NCBI GenBank assembly: GCA_028688145.1
Contig: JAQTYU010000001.1
Span: 266,284-330,283 of the forward strand
Source: Thiotrichaceae bacterium
GTDB lineage: Bacteria; Pseudomonadota; Gammaproteobacteria; Beggiatoales; Beggiatoaceae
Length of the DNA: 64,000 nucleotides
Direction of reading: 5' to 3'
The position numbers were made by a program, and so were the translations under genes. The notes under the pieces were generated by a model. That model ran no database searches, was not told the origin of the DNA, and was given only the letters and a program-made list of their open reading frames with translations. Every line of letters starts with the position of its first letter. Position 1 is the first letter of the stretch. Positions 31,137 to 40,139 of the stretch are shown in pieces.

Positions 31137-31208
31137 CTAAGGTAGCTCATTTGGTAGAGCAGTTGACTTTAATCAACCTGTAGTAGGTTCGATTCCTACC
31201 CTAAATCC
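31137..31208 (+). tRNA. tRNA-Lys(UUU)-like sequence (probable pseudogene; 6-nt anticodon loop CTTTAA, acceptor stem mismatched)
   Basis: TAGCTCATTTGGTAGAGCAGTTGACTTTAATCAAC matches E. coli tRNA-Lys through the anticodon stem but lacks one T of the CTTTTAA loop. T-arm GTAGG-TTCGATT-CCTAC is intact. The 3' acceptor strand pairs poorly. Confidence 0.4.
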
Positions 31209-31429
31209 AGCAGTGCCCGTGACTGTTCCCGTCTTGCGCAGGACAACCCAGACAAGTTTTGCGTGTTGGGAAAGATGGAAGATACCGTGTTATTTCCTCA
31301 AACTCATCAAAAGCTGTGGCGGTGTGACACCTTAGCAGACTGGCAGTGAGCTTGTCGTGACAGCATCGCATCTCCGCGCCAACATCCACTGTGTCGGGTG
31401 GAACAGTCACATTCAACCGAGGACAAATC

Positions 31430-32572
31430 ATGTTATGGCGTAAATTTGTAGTTCGTAAAAATGAACGCGGTTTGTTGTTCAAAGAAGGCGATTTCCAGAA
31501 TTTCTTAGAGGCGGGCACTTATCAATTTTTCGACCCCTTCAGAAAAATCACCGTCGAAATTTTTAATTTGGCCAAGCCCGAATTTGAACATCCCCTGCTC
31601 GACTTTTTGCTCAGCCGCTATGCCGAAGCGATGCAGCAATATTGCACCCGCGTCGAATTAAATAATCACCAAGTGGCGTTAATTCGGAAAAATGGGGTCG
31701 TCACCGACATTTTATTTCCCACCACCCGCCAAATTTATTGGAAAGGTTTTATTCAAATTGAAGCTGAAATTATCGACCTCAGCGAGCAATACGAAATTCC
31801 GCGAGAATTGGCATCCACTTTAGTTTTTGCCAAAAATGTCCCGCTGGCTTCACGTTTAGGCACTGCGATTTATCAACACATTATTCCTGAATATCACATC
31901 GGCGTGCTCATGGTTGATGGCAAACGGGTGCAACAGCTCAGTGCGGGACTTTATGCGTATTGGACGTTTAACCGCCGTATTGCAATCGATGTGGTGGACA
32001 CGCGTTTGCAAGAAACTGAAATCAGCGGGCAAGAAATTCTCACCAAGGATAAAGTCACGCTGCGGGTCAATTTGTCTGCCACGTATCAAATCACCGATTA
32101 TTTGCAATTAAGTTTGACCGTCGCAAAACCCTTGGATTTTATTTACAAAGAATTGCAATTTGGACTGCGGGCGGCGGTGGGCACGCGCACGCTGGATGAA
32201 TTGCTCGAAAATAAAACCCTGATTGATGAACAAGTGTTCGCACATATTCAAGCCAAAACGGCGAATTTAGGAATTGCGGTGCACAGCGTGGGCGTGAAAG
32301 ATATTATTCTGCCAGGTGAGATGAAAGTTATTCTCAGCAAAGTGGTCGAAGCTGAAAAAATCGCCCAAGCCAATCTGATTCGTCGCCGTGAAGAAACTGC
32401 GGCAACTCGTTCCTTATTGAACACTGCCAAAGTTATGGAAGATAATCCCACCGCATTGCGCTTGAAAGAATTGGAAACTTTGGAAAAAGTCACCGAAAAA
32501 GTGGGCAGTATTTCCATTTATGGAGGTTTGGAAGGCTTGTTAAAAGAACTGGTGAAAATTCGGGGCAGTTGA
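31430..32572 (+). CDS. SPFH/band-7 domain protein with a long N-terminal extension and no obvious TM anchor
   Basis: Canonical SPFH core VDTRLQETEISGQEILTKDKVTLRVN...GVKDIILPGE...KVVEAEKIAQANLIRRREE. Start set at the ATG with the GAGGA RBS. Confidence 0.75.
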   Translation: MLWRKFVVRKNERGLLFKEGDFQNFLEAGTYQFFDPFRKITVEIFNLAKPEFEHPLLDFLLSRYAEAMQQYCTRVELNNHQVALIRKNGVVTDILFPTTRQIYWKGFIQIEAEIIDLSEQYEIPRELASTLVFAKNVPLASRLGTAIYQHIIPEYHIGVLMVDGKRVQQLSAGLYAYWTFNRRIAIDVVDTRLQETEISGQEILTKDKVTLRVNLSATYQITDYLQLSLTVAKPLDFIYKELQFGLRAAVGTRTLDELLENKTLIDEQVFAHIQAKTANLGIAVHSVGVKDIILPGEMKVILSKVVEAEKIAQANLIRRREETAATRSLLNTAKVMEDNPTALRLKELETLEKVTEKVGSISIYGGLEGLLKELVKIRGS

Positions 32573-32933
32573 ATGTATTTTAGGCGTTCGTATGCAGCGG
32601 AATGCGGGTGAGGCAAGTTAATTTCCCATGCAATTCCACGCGCTTCATACAAGCTACTTGCTTTGCTAAAAAACTAAGAATATTGTTTGCTTGAATCAGG
32701 ATTCAGACAATAAAGTGACTAAAATTCTTATTGCTCACGACTAATATAATTTATCAATCCTGTAAATTATGTTAATCGAGAACTCTCGAAAAATACGCTG
32801 ACAGATGCTGGGTGTTTAATTCAGACTGTTCCCACAATCCCGCGCCAATAATCAAACCCTATAATCCACTTGCAGCATTGCGTGCGCTATTCATAATCTG
32901 ATATAAGTATCAGGCGATTTTACTCTGGAGCAG

Positions 32934-33260
32934 ATGATGGCTATTGATGATTTGAAAAAGAAATTGGCAGAAATTGAAATGGAACAAGTTCGCCAACAAA
33001 AAGAAGTGCAGAACTTAACAGTGGAAGTCATCCCCAATCTCGTAGAAAAAGCTACCCCAAAAGTGGCTAAAGTGGTTTCGGGAATTTATATTTGTTTGGA
33101 ATTTGGTGCAGGCGCACCCGTGAGTGAATGGTCAGATGAAACACACGGCTGGAGGACTCAGGGTTTAGGTTCGCGCTATTCCTCAAAAGAAGAAGCTTTA
33201 CAACGTTTAGTCGAACTGAAACAACGTTGGCCTGATTATCCTTTAAAACTTAAAAACTAA
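32934..33260 (+). CDS. hypothetical small protein
   Basis: 108-aa ORF with a GGAG RBS. No motif recognised. Confidence 0.35.
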   Translation: MMAIDDLKKKLAEIEMEQVRQQKEVQNLTVEVIPNLVEKATPKVAKVVSGIYICLEFGAGAPVSEWSDETHGWRTQGLGSRYSSKEEALQRLVELKQRWPDYPLKLKN

Positions 33261-33327
33261 GCGTTACCACAAATTTATCAAAATGGCGTAAACGGTAGGA
33301 GTGCGCCAAAAGATAGTTTACAAAAAA

Positions 33328-34443
33328 TCACCTCAAGACACGTACATAAAATACGACCCCCGCCAATTCTAATTTATCACCATGTTGCAATGAGTGTGGC
33401 TTGCCGACATTGAGAGCATTTCCATTCAGGGTGGTGGGATTGGTAAAATCGCGCCCTAGGCTATGTTGGTCAATCGGAATGATATACCACTGTTGATTGC
33501 TATATTCAAAGCGGCAATGTTGACGGTGAATATATTGACACCCCTCTAAATCACTAATTTGTACATCAGCCCCGCCCTCAGGATGCGCCTGCCCCATCAC
33601 CGAACCCTTTAACACAGGGTAAATTTGTGAACCGCAAGCGGCTTCTAAATACACCATCGGTATAGGACTGGCATTGTTATGAACAACGCCCGTATTCGGC
33701 GCGTATGGTGTTGCTGTGGGTTTAGGACGTGTGATTTGCTGCGCTAAAAGCTTGGTGGTCAAAAACTCATAGGCTTCATGCTCACGCTCATGTTTATCCA
33801 CATGAATGCCTTGATATTTAAATAACACTTTACGGCTTTGATTCAGCGACACCACCAATTCATAAAACGAGCGCGATACCAATAATTGATTGGGTTTTGC
33901 AAAACTGACAATGCGTTGCGCGACATTAATTCCATCCCCCAGCACATTGCGCTGTGCATTAACATCTTGCATGATTTTAATCGGTCCTAAATTAACGCCT
34001 AAATATAATTGATAATACGGGGCTTGGGTCTTTTTCAGCGCGAGAATGACCCGCAATAGCCGCACTGCCACATTCAAGGCTTCTTCAGGATTTTCTAAAA
34101 AGCACAACGCAGCCCCATCGCCCGTGTCTAATAACACCCGATCTGGCTCTGCAATATTAGTCATTGCCTTGCTAATCAGCATATTAAAATGTCTTTTACA
34201 ATTTAATTGATCATCAACACTGCGCTTTGAATAGCCCACGATGTCTAAAAATAAAGTGCTGGCAATAAACGTGCGTTTACTGTCGGTGGCAGGCATCACT
34301 TGGGGTAAAGCAGGCATGGGGCTAATTAAACTGTCCATCGTGGGGGAAACCGAGCCAATAAAATAGGTACACACCGCACAAGCGGTTTCTTGTGCGGCAT
34401 TGTGGTTACCACATTGGGGACATATTTTGATAAGTGGTGCCAT
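33328..34443 (-). CDS. zinc-ribbon / class III adenylate-guanylate cyclase / FHA domain protein
   Basis: N-terminal CPQCG...CAVC ribbon. Cyclase homology-domain motifs FLDIVGYS, DTGDGAALCF, NVAQRIV. C-terminal FHA-like region (GR....LN.....SLQHGDKLELAGVVFYV). Confidence 0.75.
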   Translation of the reverse strand: MAPLIKICPQCGNHNAAQETACAVCTYFIGSVSPTMDSLISPMPALPQVMPATDSKRTFIASTLFLDIVGYSKRSVDDQLNCKRHFNMLISKAMTNIAEPDRVLLDTGDGAALCFLENPEEALNVAVRLLRVILALKKTQAPYYQLYLGVNLGPIKIMQDVNAQRNVLGDGINVAQRIVSFAKPNQLLVSRSFYELVVSLNQSRKVLFKYQGIHVDKHEREHEAYEFLTTKLLAQQITRPKPTATPYAPNTGVVHNNASPIPMVYLEAACGSQIYPVLKGSVMGQAHPEGGADVQISDLEGCQYIHRQHCRFEYSNQQWYIIPIDQHSLGRDFTNPTTLNGNALNVGKPHSLQHGDKLELAGVVFYVRVLR

Positions 34444-34644
34444 AATTTGAATTCAGACAGATTCGGAAAAGATAACAAGAAGGCTAACATCATAGCGTGA
34501 CAGGGGGTTGATCGCAAAACTTTACCCTGATTTTTAATGTTGTTAGCAGTTGCGGGATTTTTCAGCCCATATCCAACAGCCTCGCCGACGGAGAATTATT
34601 TTAATTTCCCGCCCGATGTCGCACTGGATATAAGCTGTTTAAAA

Positions 34645-35919
34645 TTAGCTCGGCAAGTTTTCTCGATCCGTGTGAATACGCACTGTTTTAATCGTGTTAT
34701 TTGCCACTTGCACGATTTCAATCGGATAGCCTTCGAGCCGCAGACTGGTACCCGTTTCAGGAATTGCTTCTAAATAATCCAAAATCAGACCATTCAGCGT
34801 TTTCGGGCCTTCGGTGGGTAAATGCCAGCTCATAATCCGATTAAGTTCACGAATGCTAATGCTGCCTTCCACTAAAATCGTGTTCTCATCAAGGGTGTGA
34901 ATTGAAGGGCTGAGGGTGTCAGGATTGGTGGTAAATTCGCCAACGATTTCTTCCAAAATATCTTCTAAAGTCACCAAACCTAAAATATCACCATATTCAT
35001 TGACCACCAAACCGATACGGCGTTTTTGTTGTTGAAAGTTTAACAACTGGGTATTTAATGGCGTACCTTCGGGCACGAAATACACTTCTTTCGCGGTTTG
35101 CTCTAAAGTTTCTTTGGTGAACTCACCTTGGTTGAATAGGCGTAACAATTTGCGCAAGTGCACGATTCCAACCACATGATCAATACTCTCGCGGTACACA
35201 GGCAGGCGAGTGTGTTGGCAATTCACCAATTGTTCCGCAATGGTGTCTAGCGAGTCGTTTAAATCCACACCAATGATTTCATTGCGCGGAATCATGATGT
35301 CTTCCACCGTCGCTTTATCGAGGTCTAAAATCCCTAACAGCATTTGTTGGTGACGTTGCGGAATTAAACCTTCGGCTTCATGCACCACGGTGCGTAATTC
35401 CTCGGGGCTAAGACGATGGTGTTCAGTTTTTTCCGAGGAAATATTCAGCATTTTTAGCAGGATTTGGCTGATGCTGTTTAAAAACCACACCAAGGGATAC
35501 AACACCGTGAGCAAAGGTTTGACGATCAGGGAGCTAGGAAATGCCACTTGCTCGGGATGCAAGGCTGCGATAGTTTTTGGGGTCACTTCCCCAAAGATTA
35601 AAATAAAAACCGTCAATAAGGCGGCTGAAAGCGGAATGCCCCATTCCTCACCCATTAAATGGATAGCGATTGCAGTCGCAATCGAGGAGGCTAGAATATT
35701 AACGAAGTTATTCCCGAGTAAAATCACGCCAATCAGGCGATCAGGACGCTCTAACAATTGGCTGACGCGAGTAGCACCTACGTGTTTTTTCGTGACTAAA
35801 TGGCGTAATCGATAACGGTTGATTGCCATCATGCTGGTTTCTGCGGCAGAAAAGAAGGCAGAACAAAGCACCAAAATAACTAAGAAGCCTAATAATAGAC
35901 CAAGCGTAACACTACTCAA
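34645..35919 (-). CDS. HlyC/CorC (CNNM)-family divalent-cation transporter (DUF21 + CBS pair + CorC_HlyC)
   Basis: N-terminus LLLGFLVILVLCSAFFSAAETSMM, CBS pair, transporter-associated C-terminal domain. Apparent TTG start with an AGAGGA RBS. Confidence 0.85.
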   Translation of the reverse strand: MSSVTLGLLLGFLVILVLCSAFFSAAETSMMAINRYRLRHLVTKKHVGATRVSQLLERPDRLIGVILLGNNFVNILASSIATAIAIHLMGEEWGIPLSAALLTVFILIFGEVTPKTIAALHPEQVAFPSSLIVKPLLTVLYPLVWFLNSISQILLKMLNISSEKTEHHRLSPEELRTVVHEAEGLIPQRHQQMLLGILDLDKATVEDIMIPRNEIIGVDLNDSLDTIAEQLVNCQHTRLPVYRESIDHVVGIVHLRKLLRLFNQGEFTKETLEQTAKEVYFVPEGTPLNTQLLNFQQQKRRIGLVVNEYGDILGLVTLEDILEEIVGEFTTNPDTLSPSIHTLDENTILVEGSISIRELNRIMSWHLPTEGPKTLNGLILDYLEAIPETGTSLRLEGYPIEIVQVANNTIKTVRIHTDRENLPS

Positions 35920-36167
35920 AGCACGTTTTTCCTCTGGATTATGAATTTAGAACATTGTTTAGGGTAAGGGGGTACAGATGTCAAGCCTTTTTCATTTGGC
36001 AACAGTGAACTCAACCCCCTCCAAGTGGTAATTATGACAGCATAAAGTGACAGTTTCCCATTTTTTCTGGGGATTGCGAAATTATACTGCTGAATTTCAG
36101 AAACATTGCTTTCTCTCAAGCAGTCGCTAATATAGCGAAGCTTAAACCACAGCACGGAATAAAATCG

Positions 36168-37457
36168 ATGAAAGTTTTAATTATTGGGAATGGGGGGCGT
36201 GAACACGCGCTGGCGTGGAAAGCGGCACAATCTGCAAAAGTCAGTCAAGTTTTCGTCGCCGCAGGCAATGCAGGCACAGCGCACGAAGCTAAAGTCAGCA
36301 ATGTCGCAATTCAGCCTGAAGATATTGAAGGCTTACTCGCCTTTGCCCAAAGTGAACAAATTGGCTTGACCATTGTAGGCCCTGAAGCTCCATTAGTCTT
36401 GGGCGTAGTAGATCGTTTTCAAGCCGCAGGTTTACGTTGTTTTGGGGCAAGCAAAAACGCCGCGCAATTAGAAGGTTCAAAAGCATTTACCAAAGACTTT
36501 TTACAACGCCACCAAATTCCTACCGCCTTTTATGGCAACTTCACCGAAATTGAACCCGCACTTGCTTACATTCAACAACATGGCGCGCCGATTGTGATTA
36601 AAGCCGACGGCTTAGCCGCAGGCAAGGGCGTGATTTTGGCGCAATCCGTGGCAGAAGCAGAACAAGCAGTGCGTTCGATGTTGGCGGGCAATGCTTTTGG
36701 CAGCGCGGGACATCGGGTAGTCATTGAAGAATTTTTATATGGTGAAGAAGCCAGCTTTATTTGTATGGTGGACGGCGAACATATTTTACCGCTAGCCACC
36801 TCACAAGATCACAAAGCCGTGCACGAAGGCGACAAGGGCGTAAACACGGGCGGCATGGGCGCATATTCCCCCGCGCCTGTGGTCACGCCTGAAATTCACA
36901 ACCGCATTATGCGTGAAGTGATTGAACCGACAGTGCGCGGCATGGCGGCGGAAGGCAATCCTTACACCGGCTTTTTATATGCAGGGGTGATGGTTGAAAA
37001 AGACGGCACACCTAAAGTTTTAGAATATAACTGCCGTTTTGGCGACCCTGAAACCCAGCCGATTATGATGCGTTTGCGCTCGGATTTGGTGGAATTGTGT
37101 GAGGCGGCTTTAGACAAGCGTTTGCATTTAGTGAACGCAGAATGGGACAGTCGCGCCGCTTTGGGCGTGGTGTTGGCGGCGGGCGGTTATCCCGATAGTT
37201 ATGCCAAAGGTTCACCGATTTCAGGTTTAGCCGACGCGGCTTTATTAGAAGGCAAGGTGTTTCACGCAGGCACGCAAGAAGTGAATGGTGAAGTGGTCAC
37301 GTCTGGCGGGCGGGTATTATGTGCTTGTGCTTTGGGCGACACGGTTCAAGCGGCGCAAACGCAGGCGTATGAATTGGTGAATAAAATCCACTGGGAAAAA
37401 ATGCAATATCGCAAAGATATTGGTTATCGAGCGGTGGCGCGGGAATTGGCGAAGTAA
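36168..37457 (+). CDS. purD: phosphoribosylamine--glycine ligase
   Basis: MKVLIIGNGGREHALAWK..., ATP-grasp. Confidence 0.95.
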   Translation: MKVLIIGNGGREHALAWKAAQSAKVSQVFVAAGNAGTAHEAKVSNVAIQPEDIEGLLAFAQSEQIGLTIVGPEAPLVLGVVDRFQAAGLRCFGASKNAAQLEGSKAFTKDFLQRHQIPTAFYGNFTEIEPALAYIQQHGAPIVIKADGLAAGKGVILAQSVAEAEQAVRSMLAGNAFGSAGHRVVIEEFLYGEEASFICMVDGEHILPLATSQDHKAVHEGDKGVNTGGMGAYSPAPVVTPEIHNRIMREVIEPTVRGMAAEGNPYTGFLYAGVMVEKDGTPKVLEYNCRFGDPETQPIMMRLRSDLVELCEAALDKRLHLVNAEWDSRAALGVVLAAGGYPDSYAKGSPISGLADAALLEGKVFHAGTQEVNGEVVTSGGRVLCACALGDTVQAAQTQAYELVNKIHWEKMQYRKDIGYRAVARELAK

Positions 37458-37621
37458 TTATTTTTGATTTTCTTTAGGACTGGCAGTGAGCTTCCCCCTT
37501 TGAAAAATGGGGATTGAGGGGAATTTAAGATCGTTGCAACTGTTGAGATTTTTAAATTCCCCCTGCCCCCTTTGTCAAAGAGGGGGAAGGCTAAGAGGAA
37601 AGTAAGCTCCATATTTCCAAA

Positions 37622-38296
37622 CTAAACCGCATGTTGCCACCGCAAACCATAAGCAGGTTCACGCGGGGCAAATAAAAAATGCAACACCCGCCGCAAACCT
37701 TGCCCTGAGGATTTGGAAGAAGCATGTAATAACAAGGGACGCATCACTAACGCGCCGCCTTGTTCCACAGCACATAAGATTTCCTGTGAATTTTTCCGCA
37801 TTGCAATGGCTTCATCCGCACTTAAACGCCCCAATAAATGTGATTTTGGAATCACTCGCAACGCGCCATCTTGTGCTAAACATGGGTCAAGATGCACCCG
37901 AATTGCCAGCATTTTTTCTAACAAGGCGCGAGGAGCTTGTACAAAAAGCTGTCCTTCTTTTTCAGACCAACCTTGTAGTTCGGGATGTTCCACAAAATTC
38001 GCCACGGGAATACTCAAATCTTGGTGCACAGACACCAGCCAGTTGCGTGTTTGAGATTTTTCAAAATACGTGCATTGCACTGCAACAAAATCCGCTGGTA
38101 AGATGTCAGACAAGGCAGCGTGTTCTCGAAGGCATTGCACCAGCGCACCACACCAATTCAAAGTTAATAATGCGCGTGTGCCCGCAGCATCTTGCAACAA
38201 AGGCGAAATTTGTGCGGCAAGCTGTTCACATTGTTGCGATGAAAATAATTTTGGGATAATTTCAAAACCATTAGATAGAAAATCATTGCTTGGCAT
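37622..38296 (-). CDS. phytanoyl-CoA dioxygenase (PhyH) family protein
   Basis: PhyH-like 2OG-Fe(II) oxygenase motifs (H.D...LRVIPKSH). Confidence 0.65.
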   Translation of the reverse strand: MPSNDFLSNGFEIIPKLFSSQQCEQLAAQISPLLQDAAGTRALLTLNWCGALVQCLREHAALSDILPADFVAVQCTYFEKSQTRNWLVSVHQDLSIPVANFVEHPELQGWSEKEGQLFVQAPRALLEKMLAIRVHLDPCLAQDGALRVIPKSHLLGRLSADEAIAMRKNSQEILCAVEQGGALVMRPLLLHASSKSSGQGLRRVLHFLFAPREPAYGLRWQHAV

Positions 38297-38554
38297 GATG
38301 CTGTTTCATTCGTTTTATTAGAAATTATGTTTGTCTGAATTATCATTCGTACAAGTATAAAGATAACTTTTGGACTTGACTTGACGTTAAGTCAATTGTG
38401 TAAATTAGGTGAGGTAGGGTTTAGAGATTTTAAATTCCCCACTTAGAAAAAATGGAGGCAGGAGGGGAAAATATTGTTCAAATTAGAAAGGTGTAAGCAT
38501 CCAAGTTAAATTTGAGCAGGCTTGTCCCCATTCAAAAGTTATAAGGAAATTGTT

Positions 38555-39139
38555 ATGCCCTTGTCACCTGCGGCTGCGCGTCAGCCGATTCATCACCGCA
38601 GTATTAATTGTAAAGGCTATCAACGTGAAGATGGTCTGTGGGATATTGAAGCCCATTTGCGCGACAATAAATTTGTCCCGTTTCACACCCAAACTCGGGG
38701 CGACTTGTCCCCCGAAGATGCAGTTCATGACATGTGGATACGCATCACCGTCGATGATGATTATTTAATTCACGATTTGGAGGCAGTGATTGATGCCTCG
38801 CCTTTCGTGGTTTGCCCTGAAATTACCGCGCGTTTCCAATTGCTGAAAGGTTTACGCATTGGCGCAGGCTGGAACAAAATGTTGAAAGAATTGTTGGGTG
38901 ATGTGAAAGGCTGCACCCATTTGGTGGAGCTGTTTGGGCCTTTGGCAACGACTGCATTTCAAACCATTTACCCACAAACCCGCGCCAAACATCAGCAAGA
39001 GTTAGAAGCACACCCCCATAAAAAGCCTGTGCTTATCGACAGTTGCCATGCTTTTGATAGTAAAGGCGTAGTGGTTAAACAATACTTCCCAAAATTCTAC
39101 ACGGGAAAGCAACTTGAAGAAGAACTCTCATCCCAATGA
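38555..39139 (+). CDS. hypothetical protein (DUF2889-like)
   Basis: About 195 aa, start at the ATG with the AAGGA RBS. Family assignment is tentative. Confidence 0.4.
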   Translation: MPLSPAAARQPIHHRSINCKGYQREDGLWDIEAHLRDNKFVPFHTQTRGDLSPEDAVHDMWIRITVDDDYLIHDLEAVIDASPFVVCPEITARFQLLKGLRIGAGWNKMLKELLGDVKGCTHLVELFGPLATTAFQTIYPQTRAKHQQELEAHPHKKPVLIDSCHAFDSKGVVVKQYFPKFYTGKQLEEELSSQ

Positions 39140-39944
39140 GTTAATTGATGCACAAGGCACGGTGCACTTGCCCGCCACGGGTGAGTTGCGCATCGTGTCC
39201 TTAGTGCCGAGTATTACTGAATTATTATTCGCTTTGGGGCTGGGTGAACACATTGTTGGGCGCACTGCCTACTGTATTCACCCTGCGGAAAAAGTTGCCG
39301 CGATTCGTCCAATTGGCGGTACAAAAGTGGTGAATATGCCCCGCATCAGCGCGTTGCATGCCACACATCTGATAGTCAATATTGATGAAAATCCCAAAGA
39401 AATTGTTGAAGAACTTGCCGCACTGATTCCCAATATTATTGTCACCCATCCGTTGACAGTGCGTGATAATTTGGCGTTATATCAGCTGTTGGGCGGCATT
39501 TTTGGCAAACAGCAACAAGCTGAAAATTTATGTCTTAGTTTTGGACAGGCATACCACGCGCTACAACAGGCGGCGCAGGCTTTGCCCAAAAAACAGGTGT
39601 TATATTTTATTTGGAAAGCGCCGTGGATGGGAATTTCCCACGAAACTTATATTGCAGACATGTTGCACTTGGTGAATTGGGAGTTGGCATTTTCATCGGA
39701 AAATATGCGTTATCCCGTGCTTAATTTAGACTCTGAACTTTTGGAAAAAACCGATTTATTTTTATTCAGCAGCGAGCCTTATCATTTCAAAGACAGCGAT
39801 TTAGTTGAATTTGAAAGCGATTTCAGTATTACTCCGAGTTCGCGCTTACAATTAATTGATGGTGAAATGTTGTCGTGGTATGGGAGTCGTGCGATTCAGG
39901 GAATGCGGTATTTGCAGGAAATTGCGCGTAAATTGCATTCGTAA
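39114..39944 (+). CDS. BtuF/TroA-like (PBP type III) cobalamin/metal-binding protein; start uncertain, no signal peptide seen
   Basis: RIVSLVPSITELLFALG...GGTKVVNMPRISAL...LIVNIDENP typical of BtuF-like binding proteins. No in-frame ATG near the 5' end (TTG 39114 or GTG 39159). Overlaps the upstream gene. Confidence 0.6.
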   Translation: MKKNSHPNELIDAQGTVHLPATGELRIVSLVPSITELLFALGLGEHIVGRTAYCIHPAEKVAAIRPIGGTKVVNMPRISALHATHLIVNIDENPKEIVEELAALIPNIIVTHPLTVRDNLALYQLLGGIFGKQQQAENLCLSFGQAYHALQQAAQALPKKQVLYFIWKAPWMGISHETYIADMLHLVNWELAFSSENMRYPVLNLDSELLEKTDLFLFSSEPYHFKDSDLVEFESDFSITPSSRLQLIDGEMLSWYGSRAIQGMRYLQEIARKLHS

Positions 39945-39995
39945 AAATTAACTGCGCCCCTAAATCTCCTGAAGGGGACTTAAAATAGTTAGTTG

Positions 39996-40026
39996 TAGCC
40001 CGTATGGAGCATAGCGGAATGCGGGG
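39996..40026. repeat. family F3 repeat TAGCCCGTATGGAGCATAGCGGAATGCGGGG
   Basis: See 30195-30225. Confidence 0.7.
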
Positions 40027-40139
40027 ATTTAAATTCTTAGCTGTGAAATGTACTTACCCCAAATTTTTCATTCTTCTCGCAAACCCGCGTTATAATCCAA
40101 CTCAATGCCCCTTCAGTGAAATCAATCTCATGAATAAAT

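Noticed and set aside
30940-31210. Group I intron-containing tRNA or a tmRNA
   Set aside because: The region is too short for a group I intron (205 nt or more) plus exons. No GGGG 5' end, resume codon or tag ORF was seen. The repeated T-arm units are better explained as two tandem tRNA-like genes.
33328-34443. CBASS/Pycsar-type cyclic-nucleotide defence system
   Set aside because: The cyclase is fused to zinc-ribbon and FHA domains, and no adjacent TM, TIR or patatin effector with a nucleotide sensor is present. It looks more like a signalling cyclase.
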